The notes under the pieces were generated by a model that did no database searches, had not been told where the DNA came from, and saw nothing but the letters and a program-made list of their open reading frames with translations. From Calcarisporiella thermophila CBS 279.70 (lineage: Eukaryota; Fungi; Calcarisporiellomycota): a stretch of 64,000 bases of DNA. The position numbers and the translations under genes are program-made. This document shows positions 12,256 to 26,184 of the stretch, in pieces; position 1 is the stretch's first letter; each line of letters starts with the position of its first letter. The stretch lies in assembly GCF_041956535.1 (NCBI RefSeq), contig NW_027192194.1, forward strand, positions 1,209,531 to 1,273,530, given 5' to 3'.

Positions 12256-13944
12256 GGGAATAGAGCGAAGCAGCCAACAATGTCAAATGAGTGGAAAAGG
12301 GTTTGGAAAGGAGTGGACTCAGAACTAAAGCAAAACTAACGGGCTAAAAGACTAACCAACGACCGAACAAACAGATTGACTGACTGGCAGGCTGACAGAC
12401 AAACTGATAAGGGGCTAAACAGTGGAGACTGAGGGGGCTACCGAAATACAACTGACACTTATTTACAAAGCTATGAAAAGAAAAGAAATAAAACCGAAAA
12501 AAGCTGTGCTCCTCCATGGGCCTATATATATATCTGCTGGAGGGGCGCCACCGTTTTTTATTTCTCTCTCTGGGGCTAATCTCAGAGAATGGTAGAGCTG
12601 CAATTATGAGATGGAGACAGATGGCAGTTTCAGAGAGTCTAAGTTTATATTGTATGTGCCAAATAACGCGTCGTTGCCTCGTACTGGCTGTGTCCCCCCA
12701 CCATGCCAATCCTTTCCCCACCCTGTTCTCTGGAGAAGATGGCGATAAACAAGGAGAATGCCGCGACTTTTTGGAATTTAAAGTTTCATGTAATTATTTT
12801 TGTCCTCATTGTCCATCCTTCGCTACTTTTGGCGCAGTTTGGGCCGATCCTAAGGGATTAATTTGGGGAGAATGAGGCCTGAGAGTTTTGTTCGCATAGC
12901 AAAATAAAACAGAAAAGAAAGAGATAAATTTGATCTCTGTTTATGGTCTCGCCACACTAGCTAGAAGAGTCGATAAGAACGTTGCTCTTTCGCGATATGG
13001 AATTGCTTGGCCAAGCTCTTCTAGCCCTTAGAAAGCGCTGCCCACTCTCTCAACAGATGCATCTCCTTCCCCTTCCCCTCCTTCCCCTCCTCCTGTTGTT
13101 GCTTCCCCCACCCGCTCCACTTCCCCACCTCTCCACCCACACCAGCGCAATGGTAATGCTGCCCAAGGTAAGGAGTAATAGCGTGCTTAAACTTGCATCC
13201 ACAGACGGTGCTTCCGCTAACCTAATAACCCTGTGCATCCCGCGCCTATTGAGAGGGGGGAGGGGGGATGGTGGGGAAGCGGAAAAGACCCAGACCGTTT
13301 TAATAAAACTTGGATTTTCTTTTTGCTTCTTCCCTTAATAATCACATATTGCCACATTCGAAAAAAAGTTCCCCGCAAAATATGGGTATATGGCAAATCT
13401 CCCTGCCTTTTCATAAAGACTAAATCAAGCACGCACCGCCAGGAGTGGGTGGGGGGTTAAATTAAGCACTTCTTCTGGAGAGAAACCGTGCTTTTACTAT
13501 ATTAGATGATGCTGGCTCCATTGATTTGAACTAAATTAAAAACGTCGCTGCGTCACACTCTTACCCTGATTGGAAAAATAAATTAAATTTCTTCCGATTT
13601 GGGAATATTTGATCGAATCGCTGAGCTTGAGGTAGATGTAAAAATAAGCATATGAAATTGGATCATCTTTGATACATGAGCTCCAACTGATACATTTTTG
13701 CTCAGCTCGCCAGAGGGGAGAGGGAGGGAGACGGCAAATGCTGCTGCTGATTGAACCTCGTGCAAATGAAATTTTATTTTAACGTCTTGTAATCAACCGT
13801 TTAATTATTCAAAGTTTCCACCCTCTTACACAAAATAGACCCACCGACAAAGTAGAGCCAAGAATATGAAAAAAAAAGCAAAAATAAGGGGAAACCAGAT
13901 CCAACCTGACAAACGAACACAAAAACAAGTGTCCTGCTAGTTTT

Positions 13945-16900
13945 TTACGCCATAAATCTTCTTTCTCTTAGCCATTCGACAATGTCGTCTCGATCCCTAT
14001 CGCTCCACCGTGCTCCCACACGAACCATCTCTATACTCTGTGCCAAATGTCGCGAGTATTCTCTGGTGTCCTTTTTTGAAAAGAACTCTTCAATCTCCTT
14101 GGCCTTCGCCTCTGTTGTGAAGGAGCTTGTTGCAATCTTGACTACATATCCCAACAGCTTCATGGAATGGTTGTATCGACCAAGGAGTAAATGCCATTTC
14201 TGTTGGACAAACTCCCAGAGTAGGGCACGGCTCTGAGGGCAGGAGGTGGACAAAGCAACATAGACATGATGTATATCTTGAACCTTCACTTGTGACCCCT
14301 GGACGGTCAGCTCTAGGAGGCGCCGAATGAGCTCAGGCTGCTTCGTGTACCCGAGTGCTTGCAATGCTGCAACCTTCTGGTCGGCTAAAGGGGCTTCATT
14401 GAATATTTTCAGGACTGCCCCGAATTCCCTTTCGCCTCCGTGGGCGACCACTATCTCATATGCAACTGCTCGAACATTCGGGTGCAAAGCCGTCTCGTCT
14501 TTCTCATTGACGAATCGGTCAAATCGTCGCTTTGCCTCCGCCACTACGTCGGATACGTTCGCATGACCAGCGCTGCGAAGCATGAGGGTCCTCAACAAAG
14601 TGGTCAAGTAGTCTTCCTCCTCCAGATAGTCCCACCCCAATCGCCTTGCCAAACTCGAATAGAGTTGATGCTGAAAGCCTCGTAAACTCTTGCGCACTTG
14701 TTCGGGCTCCTCAAAGAGTACTCTAGAAAGTGTGCTAAGGCGCCCAGTGATCTCCTTCCACACAATATACTCAGTCTCCTTTTCATAGCATAAAATCAAG
14801 CTGAGGAGGTCGCTGGTACGCATGTGCCCACTCATGACCAGTGCCCCCGCGTCAGCTAAAAGCCCGACTCGCTCCCTCGTTGATTCAATTTCTCCTAGTT
14901 GCACCGCCATGCCCAATCTAGCTAAAAGGTTAGATGTGTAGAGGACGCGGTAGAAACCTGTGTGGTCATGATTCAATTTGAAGTATCGTTCCACACTTCC
15001 CTTCACAGGCAACCCACGCAGGCGCACACTTCGCTCCATCAATATGGTAGAGTGCTTGGTCCACTCCTTTTTATTGTACGTCCCACCAACCGCAATATTC
15101 AAAGGAACCCACCACAAAATCCGGTCCTCTTCTGCTTGAACATCTCCCGTAAGGAGATATCTGTGCTGCTGGATCGACACCTCACCTCCCTCATGCTCAA
15201 TCACTTTCAGCACTGGATAGCCCACTTGCCTTGTCCATTGCGACATAAATGAACCCACATCCACGTCGAATTCTTCGCTAAGAGCTCGCCACAAATCCTC
15301 GGTGGTGGCATTGCGATAGGCATGACTTCTAAGATAGCGCCGAACTCCATCCAAGAAACAATCTATCCCCATCCATTCGCTGAGCATGCGAATAACCGAT
15401 GCTCCTTTAGCATAAGAGATCATGTCGAAAATCTTTTCCAAAGATATTAGCCCATACGGAAAAAAAGTTCTTTGTGTCCCGTTCATTACCTGATTAATTT
15501 CCGCTGCCGTGCTCACCGGGACATCAATCGCATGAGACGCACGCATAGCGTCTAGTTGTAGTCCATTCTGCATTACGTCCATAATGAACTGGGTCCATAT
15601 ATCCCAATCTGGGAAGATTCGGTCAACGGCGAACCAGCCTGCCCAGGTAGCAAATCCTTCGTTGAGCCAAAGCTCATTCCACCAAGTCATGGTTACCAGG
15701 TTACCAAACCATTGATGCGCCGTCTCGTGGCTTCAATAAGAAGGTTTATGAATAAAATATATATTGTCTATGATCAGTATCAGCAACGGTCGCACATATT
15801 TTCGGAACGAATGCAATTTACCAAATCACTGAGGCGATGTATTGCTTTTGCCTTGCATCGGAAGTACTCTCATCATATAGGAGAAGGTTCGTTCGGTAGG
15901 TCACTAGACCCCAGTTCTCCATAGCCCCCGATTCAAAATCGGGTATGGCAACTTGGTCGTACTTGGGCAATGGGTATGGAGTTCCAAATGTCTGCGCAAA
16001 GATTTCCAGCGCCTTGCATCCGATATCTAGTGCAAACTGCCCATGCTCTTTGAGTCCTGGAGGGGTGTACACCCGACAGAGTACGGGTTGACCGCCGTTT
16101 GGCTCTCCTGTTGTGGTGGTCTCGATATATTCTAGCTCGCCAACAATGAAAGCGACCAGATACGTGCTCATGACAGGAGTACGTGCAAAACAAACCTCTT
16201 TCTGGCAATCGCCAATGGAAACCTCGGAGAGAATGTTCATGTTGCTGAGGGCCGTCATATGTGCGTCAACTACCAAAACGATATCAAATGTTGCTTTAAG
16301 AGCAGGCTATCGGATTGGTGACACGTATTAGTGCCCTTGAGCTTGGGGTGCGATATTCGGGCCTACTTACCTCATCCCAACAAGGAAAAGCACGCCGAGC
16401 ATCTGTAGCTTCAAATTGCGTCGACGCCATATACCTTTGGATAGAACATTAGGGGATTCTCCGATGTTCGTATGGTGTGTATTGTATGCCATCTAACTCA
16501 CCTCACTTTTTCATCCGCGTCTTTATACGAGCTCCGATAGAATCCCCGCATTTGGTCATTGATCTTTCCCGCAAACGCCAGTTTGACATTTGCTTTGGAA
16601 CTAGAAGGAAGTGCTTGCACTAATCTTAGCTTCACGACTTGTCGGTCTTGTTCATGGATAATCTGACTAACATCTTGGCTCTGATAAGTCTTTATGGCAA
16701 GGTTTGTCACAGTAGCCGCAGTAACCTCAAGGTCGCAAGCATTCAATGCTATCTCCGTGGTATCTTGGTGGATCTCAATCCTATTATTAACAACGATTCA
16801 TAAGTAATCTGTGTGGAACCATGAATATCTATGATGGAAGGAGAAAAAATTTCTGGAATCTCACTCCACAATCTCTTCGCCCACAAAAGAAAAGTCGGTG

Positions 16901-16980
16901 AAATTAGGTATTAGCTTAAGGCTATAGTGTATAGGTCGTACGTTAAAGGGGAGGTTAGCCCCTTCTTGGATGGAATTCAT
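13945..16980 (-). CDS. M1 family aminopeptidase (APE2/puromycin-sensitive type)
   Basis: TQFEATDARRAFPCWDE, GAMENWGLVTYR, HETAHQWFGNLVTMTWWNELWLNEGFA (HExxH-x18-E), SYAKG, ERAP1-like C-terminal domain. Confidence 0.95.
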
Positions 16981-18127
16981 GTGCCAGAAGACGTGAAATT
17001 CTGCTTCCTTTGAGGTAAGTCTTCTTGGAATGAAACAAGTTTATTCTGAAATGAGTAGAGTCAATGTTGCAATTAGCTAGTCGTGATTCTGAACTATGTA
17101 ACAGCTGAAGGCGGGTACACAGGATAGGAAGAGAATAGATAGAAATTTGTCCGACTGCCAAGACAGAGAAAGGAAATTGTTTAATTATTAGCAAGTGGGA
17201 ACTATTTCACAGCAAAGATCAGTTCAGATGACTGTGGGAATTTGGATTTCTGAGCAAGATGTGACAAATAATGATAATAGAAATACATATAAAAATAGAC
17301 GCGATAACTCTAATCTTTATGTAAAATAAGTTTTCGACGCTTGTGACTGTGCTTGTGCTTTTGCCAGTGTTAGTGCTTAATCAAAAAATAATAAAAGCAG
17401 AACGGGCCATCTGTAGATAAGAAAAAAAGCACTCACCCAAAACCATCTTAGGCTTGCTTGCATAAACTATCATGTGGCCATTCTAGGGCAAAGTGGAGCC
17501 AAAATGGCATGCGATTAAATTGCATTCTCCTAAACTCAGTGAGAAGAATTTGCCAAGAATCTATAAGCCATATCACCCGCCAGATCTGGATATCCTAAAC
17601 TTGCCAGTTGTTTTATCTGCTTCTTACTGCGAGAGAAAGCGGATCACCGTCGCTGCAGGGAGAAGGAGCGTGAACAAAAGGCTTCAATCTGAGGTCTATT
17701 CTTGTTAGCTGGAGAGATTGACTATGACAATGGCCAATAAGATAGTTCATTTTGCAAATAAAATAATCCCAATAAAATAAAAAACATGTAAGAATCAATG
17801 CAGCAAGAGCAAACGCGGATATTAAAATGGAAAACATGGCAAATAGAAGCTCGAAGATCGAAATATAAAAATGATTAAAAGAGGGGGAAAAAATATGAAG
17901 ATATTGAAAATAGTTTAAGCAAATATACGGTCAACATTTATACAATAGGATAAGGAGAAAAAGAAATAATAAGCAATGAATATGGAAAAAAACCTATATT
18001 AACACGAGGAAATAAGAGAAAGCGAATAAATGAAATAAATACAAGAACAGAAGGCTCTGCATCAAAAGACATATTCAATGTTCGGTTTATCGTCCAGAGT
18101 TCCAAAAACGAGTGTGAAAAAAATTCA

Positions 18128-21000
18128 TCAGGGGGATATTGCTTGGATCGGCTCTAATCTAAACTTCACCTCCTGTAGTCTGCCGGTAGGCTGCCAGTCC
18201 TCATATTGGGCCTGGAGACGTTCCAGCTCCTGTCTCAGCTCGTCATCTCCCAGAATCTTTCTATCATCCATGATGCCTCGCATGGCCCATGGCAAATAAA
18301 AAGGGTTGTTGCGCGAACGGACGCGAAATTCCCCCGCTCGCAAACCCAAGTTGTGATGCGAGGGAGTAGGCCCTTCGAGGAGGTATCGCACGGCAAGCGA
18401 GTACACCTCCAACTCTTCGTATATAGTCGAGTGGGCTTGATCGCTATAGATGGACCCCCCCAAGGCCTCACTCAAGTGTAGAAGGAGCCCATGATCGGAG
18501 ATTCCATTGTTGCGGAGTCGTAGGGCAAACACAATCAGCCCTGTGAGGAAGTCGGCCTGATAGATATGCGCGTCGATATACACGGCGCGCAAAATCGCGG
18601 GATGATCGATGCCGTGAATGATGGCGGAATAGAGCGGCACCACTTGGTCCTGCATCGACCCGACCAGGACAATCTTGATGTTGGCGCGAAGCATGACATC
18701 GAGGGCGTGGAGGAATTTTTGCGAGATGTCGGTTGAGAAATCCATAAAGTCAAAGAGCTCCCTCGCGGCTTCGCCTTCAAAATACTATGGATGAAAATAC
18801 TGCATCAGCAACCGGGGGGTATACAGGATTTTTATCAAAGCCTTTTTTTTCACCTTCACAAATAAATTGCTCTTTAAACTAATAAATGGCCCGTGTCCGA
18901 TTCCAGCCATAGCTAAGAAGCACATCTGTTGACGCGCAGGCTGTATTTTCCTTTCTTCTATCAGCTGCTCCACCAATAGGGCCGACACAGGTGTTCCTTG
19001 GGAATGGGCGACGATGAACACCACATCTGCTTCTAGCAAATTGCGGCACCATGTTTCATTTTGGTAAAGATTGCGCTTGAGAAGTTGCACGCGATCCTCG
19101 ACTTTGCCTTCGCCTTCGAGCGGAATCTGAGAGATGGAGTGATCCGGAATGGCAACGCCGTAATGGTCACGGAAGTAATTGGCAAGTGCACGTTTGAAAT
19201 TGAAAGCGAATCGGGCAGAAGTTCCTGTCGGCTCGCCAAGCACAGATCTCACCAACTTTGCAATATTAAATTCCCCAGGTCAGTGAGCATTCGAATTGGA
19301 GTTGGAGGTACAGTCCTTCTACTCACCTTATGTGGGAACCACCCATGGACTGCCAACACCGCATACTTTTTGTCTAAATCGGTGCGCGTCATTCCGCCCA
19401 AATAGCGGGACAATTTTCCCTCTCGGCCAGCGAAGAGTCCGTTGACCGCGTGGAATGCATATTGCACGAGTGTATTCGGCTGCGCACGTCGCGCATTGGG
19501 GAACTGATCCTCGAACCGCGGCAACACTACATTCTTTTGATTTGCCCCGGCTCGCAATCCTGATCCGAACCATCCAATGGTGGGGGCAACAAGTGGCCTA
19601 TTTGCCTCTGCCAAACTCTGCGTTTTATTGCTAGAAGTGTCTGCCATTTCTGCTTTATTAATTGGTTCTGTGGTGGAGGTGGTTGCGACGCTTTGTGCGT
19701 CCGCCTGCTGCTCAATGTGTGCAGTGGCGGTGACAGACCGTCTGCTGAAAAAAGACAACTGCCACCAATGAGAGCTTTCCTCGAGAGCTTGCTGGTCCTC
19801 AGCTTCAGTGGTGGAGGTTTCCGCTTGAGATTCCATAACCGTAGTCTCTGCGGTCGTTGTTGTGGTGTTATCCTGCCTCTTTTGCCCCGAAGTCTCCAAG
19901 GTTAAGGAAGCGTCTGTCGTGACTACAGTCTCGGTGACTTCATTGCCCGCTATGGATCCTTTCCATCCCCATACCCAACTCCCTCTCGTTTGTTGGGCTG
20001 GCACGGCAGGAATATCGTCGGTCGATTGCTCTGGCTTTCCTTGGGATGCGTCGACAGGAGGTGCAGGCGGTGGTTGTGTAGAGGCCGTAGGAGTAGCCTC
20101 GATAGGCTTCTCTACGCTTCTACCACTCCTAACGGATAAAGCATCGTCCTCAACTACTCGAATTTTCTCTTTCAGCTGAGCAACACTAGTCGAGAATGTT
20201 GCCGTCTTCGAGACAACATTCCCCGCGGCACTCGTATTGCTGATCTCTGCGATCCCTTTCGAGCGCGACATCCACGAGCTTACGGATGACCCAGAACCCG
20301 ATCGATTGCGCTTTGCAGGTGATGAAGAAAATGGCACGGGGGTATTATTCATGCTCTGACTTGGTTCTGCAGAATAGGGAGTAGCAGAAACTCGGCCGAT
20401 GGGAAGGGAGGGTACGGATGATATATCAGAGATCGGCTTGTGCGCAAGAAATGCGGTGAGGAGGGAGGCAGAGGAGGACTGTTTTGTGAGGGAATGATTT
20501 GGCTCGGGGGCGGGGACAGGATTATGTTGATTGTGAGATCCTTGCGGTAACTCTTTTCCTTGCTCTTCAGCTCCCTTTATGATCCCTTTCCCAGCCTCTT
20601 CTTTATGCTGTTCTGGTAGAAGCCTTTCTGAAGATGTCGAGGATAGTTGCAGAGGAGAGATACGTGATGAATGGCGATGCCACCAGAACCAAGCCAAGCC
20701 CGACTGAGCTGAGGCCATGGGGGGTGCTTTCGTGGAAGAAATGTCATCATTTTTTTCTTCTCCATTCGGTGTAGCAGTAGCGGGTATAACATCATGTGAT
20801 GTATTAGCCATAACCGTATCCTCTTCTCTCACTGGAGCTCCATTAGCCTGTTGCGGTTGATCAGGTTCCTGCTCAGCTACGATCGTTTGCTCAGTTTCGC
20901 AGTGGTCCGGCGGATTTAAGCTATCGTTTGGGCTTGGTCCATTCTGGTGCGAATCAGTAGAAGTAGTGCTAGTACGATTCCACAGAAATGAGAAGGCCAT
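18128..21000 (-). CDS. Conserved fungal protein, YML020W-like (alpha/beta-hydrolase-like C-terminal domain, long disordered N-terminus)
   Basis: VHGWFP, VLGEPTGTS, IPLEGEGKVEDRV, VAHSQGTPVS, MAGIGHGPF, GSMQDQVVPLYS, NPFYLPWAMRG; 2 introns. Confidence 0.75.
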
Positions 21001-21271
21001 TGACAGATATAAGGAATAAGAGAATATGAGTTCGAAAGCGGACTGAAAAGATAGAGTGATGGATCATACGCCACTGGCTAAAAAAAAAGATCGAATTCAG
21101 ATGAAATCCTTCAGCCCAGAATTACTCGGTGAAGCAATAAAAAAGAAGCGTAAGGGTTTTGATTATTTTTCTCACTCTCAAGCAAGCTCTGAACTACACA
21201 GTCTTCTCCCACACCCATATCCTAGCTGTGTTTTATTTTTATTTTCCTATCCGAAATACAAAAAGAAAACA

Positions 21272-23030
21272 ATGGCTTCGCAGCAGCATGCACGCTGTAG
21301 TACCCCTTGTTTCGAGAATTGTCACATTCACGGAACACCCAATCTCCACTACCATCACCACCACAATGTACGTGTCGAGGAAGAACTCCACAACAAAGCC
21401 CACATTGACTACTCCAAAGTCTCCATTCTTTGGAATCCTCCTGTGCCTGTCATGTATGAGGAAGCCCTGCGGAGTGAACCCGGGACCGTCATCTCGGCGT
21501 CGGGTGCCATAGTCGCCACCTCCGGAAAGAAGACGGGACGTTCGCCTAGGGATAAGCGTATTGTGGACGAGGAGGAATCCAGCCAGGATATTTGGGTAAA
21601 CTTGCACGCGCTCCTTTCCATTAATAAAATTTAATTCTCTCCATTCCTCTTAGTGGGGACCGGTTAATATGCCCATTTCGGAACGTGTTTTTATGATTAA
21701 CCGAGAGCGAGCAGTGGACTATCTCAACACTCGCGAGCGGTTGTATGTCTTTGATGGATTCGCGGGCTGGGATCCAAAGTATCGCATCAAAATTCGGATT
21801 GTCGCAGCACGCGCATACCATTGTCTATTTATGCGCAACATGCTTATCCGTCCGACACCCAGCGAACTGGAGACCTTTGGAGAGCCAGACTTTACGGTTT
21901 ACAATGCGGGAGCCTTCCCGGCAAATCGCTATACAACCGGCATGACCTCGACCACAAGTGTTTCCATCAATTTCAAGAGTAAGGAGATGGTGATCCTGGG
22001 GACCGAGTACGCGGGGGAAATGAAAAAGGGCATATTTACGGTGATGCATTACTTGATGCCAAAGACTGGGGTGGTCTCCCTCCATTCGTCTGCGAACGAG
22101 GGGCGAAATGGGGATGTGACGTTGTTCTTCGGGTTATCTGGAACTGGGAAGACCACGCTCTCCACCGACCCTCAGCGTCGACTTATCGGGGACGACGAAC
22201 ACTGCTGGTCCGAGAACGGCATCTTCAACATCGAAGGGGGGTGCTACGCCAAGTGTATTAACCTCAAGGCTGCCGATGAGCCGCAGATCTACGGCGCAAT
22301 TCGATTCGGGAGCGTCCTCGAAAACGTCGTGCTCGACGAAGAAACCCGCGAAGTCAATTACGCCGACTCCTCCTTGACGGAAAACACCCGCGCCTCATAT
22401 CCGATCGAATATATTCCTGACGCGAAAATCCCTTGTCTGGGAAACCACCCTAGAAACATTATCCTACTTACCTGCGATGCTTTCGGGGTTCTTCCACCCG
22501 TGGCCAAGCTGACCCCCGCGCAGGTCATGTACCATTTCATCTCGGGATATACGGCCAAGATAGCGGGGACGGAGGAGGGCGTTGTGGAGCCAGAGGCAAC
22601 CTTTAGTGCTTGTTTCGGGCAGCCCTTCCTCGTCTGGCACCCGATGAAGTATGCACAGATGCTTGCCGATAAGATCTCCCAGCACAGTGCGAATGCATGG
22701 CTCATTTCCACCGGTTGGACCGGCGGCAAATATGGGGTTGGAAAACGCTGCCCGCTCAAATACACGCGCGCCATCATTGATGCAATTCATAGTGGTGAGC
22801 TCGCCCAAGTGGAGTACGAAACCTTCCCGATCTTCGATCTGAAGATTCCTAAGAGCTGCTCTGGAGTTCCCTCGGAGATTTTGAACCCTGTCTCGGTGTG
22901 GAAACACACCTCCGGCGAGAATGCATTCTACGAGCAGCTACGCAAAATTGCTAACCTCTTTGTCGAAAACTTTAGGTTGTATGCGTCAGAAGCCTCGACG
23001 GAGGTCCATGAAGCTGGACCCCGCCTGTAA
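21272..23030 (+). CDS. PCK1: Phosphoenolpyruvate carboxykinase (ATP)
   Basis: [27 protein letters not shown]-loop [31 protein letters not shown]; one intron near 21596-21653. Confidence 0.97.
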
Positions 23031-23337
23031 TTCACTTCTATGTATGTTATCTAGTATATATGATTCTGTATATGTATGTTTGTAATCAAATTGTCTTTGT
23101 TCTGTCCCTTTTATTTTGCATCTCTGTGGACTACACTCTCTCTTTTTGTTTTAAGAATGCATCAACCCCCATATATTTAATAATAATTTAAATTCCTCCG
23201 CTTCAAGTAGGACAGCAACTTGACTGCTATTGTGACTGCGATCTCTATGGAAATGGAGGTAAACAAATCTTTGGAATTCATTTCGCTCGAGGATTTTGGA
23301 TACATCCGTCAATCTATTTTTGTTTTTCCATTGAGCC

Positions 23338-24981
23338 ATGGGTCATCGTAGAGTAAGTGGCCATGGAATTTCTTTGCTTCTAATTACAATGTATTCTAAT
23401 CAGCAGCATGTTTCTCTTTTGCATTTCTAATCAATGTAGAAGAAGAAGAGAACCCACGTCAAGCCAAGCGACGATCCCAACGCCCCCAAGCCGCCCAAGT
23501 CCTTTGTCATACGCTCTGGAGCAGTGGGTCGATCCGTCGCAGCCTTGTCTCGAGATGTCCGAAGAGTCCTTGAGCCAAACACTGCAGCGAAACTCCGTGA
23601 ACGCAAGACTAACAAGCTCAAGGATTTCGTTGCTGTTGCAGGCCAGCTCTCTGTCACCCATTTCATGATTTTCTCGCGTACAGATGCAGGCACTAATCTG
23701 AGAATAGCCCGTGTGCCACGAGGCCCAACCCTGACATTTAGGGTGACTAAATACTCTCTAACGAAGGATGTGATTGCAAGCCAGCGGAATCCAAAGAGCC
23801 CGGGGAGCGAGTTCAAGACAAGTCCCCTCTTGGTTCTGAACAATTTTGGAGGAGAGGAAAAGGCTCTCAAACTGATGACGACGATGTTCCAGAATCTGTT
23901 CCCTGCCATCAACGTGCAAACGGTAAGATTAGGATAATTTTGGGACCGAGTCTCGTTGGCCTCGCATCTAACTATTAGCTTTTCATTGATTATTTTGTCA
24001 ACAGATGCAATTGGCAGACGCACGCCGCATCGTTCTCCTCAACTATAACAGCGAGACCAAGCGCGTTGATTTCCGTCATTATAGCATCCATGTGAAACCG
24101 ACGGGCATCTCCAAATCCGTGAAGCGCGTGATCAATCTTAATGTTCCCAGTCTGGGTGATTTCCAAGATATCAGCGAGTATGTTCTCCGCGAAGCCCACG
24201 CTTCGGAATCGGATGTCGAGGACGCAGGAGAGTCCAATGTCGTTCTTCCGCAGCATTTCCCGGGGAGAAACAATAGACAATCGGAGCAGAGGGCCATTCG
24301 TCTGGTGGAACTAGGGCCACGGATGGAGTTGAAACTCTTGAAGATTCAGGCTGGATTATGTGAGGGCGAAATCCTCCACCATGATATAATACAAAAGACC
24401 CCCGAGGAGGTGCGGGAAATGGCACAAGCGAGAGAAAAACGAAAGGCTGAAGCAGCAGAGCGTAAGAGGGCTCAAGAAGAAAACGTTAAAAGAAAATTGG
24501 AAGAGAAAGAGAAGCACCGGATTGCGACGGGAGGAAAGAAAAAAGAGGAGGAGGAGGAGGAGGAAGAAGAAGTAGAAGATGAGGAGGAGGAGGAAGAAAA
24601 AGTAGAAGATGAGGAGGAGGATGAAATGGGAGAAGAAGAGGATGATAATGAGGGCATGATCGGAGATGAGGATTTGAATGAAGATTTATTTGAAGGCGAC
24701 GACAATGAAGATGAGGAAGTAGGGGAGGATGGGGAGGAAAGCCAAGCATCAGACAATGACAATTTATTTGATGAGGAAGAGTTTATTGGGGGATTAGAAG
24801 GAGCTAGAGGAAATGAGAGTGGGGAGGAGGAAGTGGAAGAAGAGGCCGAGGAGAGTGAAGAAGAAGTAGAGGCTCCAAAAGGTGAGCGCGCTTTTATTGT
24901 GTTGTAAAATACGTAGTATACTAACCCTTATTAATTCAAACAGCTCCACCGCGCAAGAAGCCAAAGAGAGGTCGCCGATAG
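23338..24981 (+). CDS. SSF1: Brix-domain ribosome biogenesis protein SSF1/Peter Pan
   Basis: PKSFVIRSG, EPNTAAKLRERKTNKLKDF, RVPRGPTLTFRV, PLLVLNNF, AIRLVELGPRMELKLLKIQAGL; acidic tail. Confidence 0.93.
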
Positions 24982-25125
24982 GCTATAACCATTCTTTTAT
25001 TTTTCATTCTCGTGTATTTTGGACTTTATAATAAAAGCATTTTTGATTCTCTCTAAAAATGCCGAATCATAGGCTATATTATTCATACCCTATTTCAATC
25101 TCAAACAAGCCATCTAAATAATTTG

Positions 25126-25144
25126 ACGCGTCTAAATTTTCGCG
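25126..25144. promoter_or_regulatory. MCB (ACGCGT) plus TTTCGCG immediately upstream of PSF3
   Basis: ACGCGT at 25126-25131 and TTTCGCG at 25138-25144, 24-42 nt before the ATG at 25168. Confidence 0.35.
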
Positions 25145-25167
25145 ATTTTTTTTATACTTTATAATAT

Positions 25168-26103
25168 ATGGGGGACGAATATTATAACATAGATTCCATT
25201 CTCGCTGAGACTCAGGTATTCAGATTCCCTGCTAATTCTAAAATGATATACCAGATCTAAAGATCTCCCCAATCCTTCTAAAGAGAGTCCAAGCGGGCTT
25301 CAATCAAGATGTAGAGGGCATTGGCTGGCTCATTGGCGAAGAAGACGAGGCCAAAATATCAGCAGGCAAAAAAGTCGAGATCCCTCTGTGGCTAGCGGAA
25401 GGCCTTGCAAGATTTGGGTAAAATAAATATATGTTTCGATACACCTGTCATCTTTTTCAGAGAATTTTGAGATCAAATTACTCAATGGATTTATTTTTGC
25501 ATGATAGTCGCGATTATGATTATGTGCAGCTCTATCTCCCGAAATTTTTAGGCCCGCGTGGCATGGCCAATCTTAGCGCGGGACCCACCAGTATTAATTT
25601 GCGACAACTCTGTTCGTATTATTTCACATTTGGGATGAAAATCGTGGAATTATTAGACGACAAGAAACTAACCCAATTACTAAGAACTGTAAGTGTTAAT
25701 ATAGATTTTTTTTTAAGGCCGAGAAAGGAGAGAAGAAAAGGTAGAGAAAATGGCTAATACAATGATATCCTTTTTCACAAGACTTATCGCGTACGATTAC
25801 GCGAAATAATGGACCGTTCCCAGATTGGAGGCGATTTCTTCCAGGACCAAGGCTTTATCGAGAAGTTGGACGTGATGGAACAAGAACGTCAGTTACCACT
25901 TTGCCGAAATCTTTGGTCGATGTATATGCTGACTTGGCAGAGCTCTTTTTTTTTTTCCTTTAGTATTGCGGGTGGGCATCGAAGCGACTAATCAATTCCA
26001 GTCATGGTGGGAAAGGAGCGGCGGGGAGTTGCAGGCAGCAAGCGTTCTTCGTGGCCCCGCATGGCTGGCATACAGTGAGAGATCAGCTGGTGAAGATAGC
26101 TGA
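25168..26103 (+). CDS. PSF3: GINS complex subunit Psf3
   Basis: MGDEYYNIDSILAETQ|...KKVEIPLWLAEGL...NLSAGPTSINLRQLCSYYFTFGMKI...RLREIMD...FIEKLDVMEQE; multi-exon. Confidence 0.88.
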
Positions 26104-26184
26104 CGAGAAATTTTTTGGAAATGTTTTTATATATATTTAGCGTGTATATACGATAATCTCAATACAAACAAATCTAAAAGCCGT

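Noticed and set aside
12982-13338. Possible small spliced gene (GTAAGG...CACAG at about 13168-13204)
   Set aside because: The putative intron is only about 37 nt, shorter than others here, and the products are low-complexity with no support.
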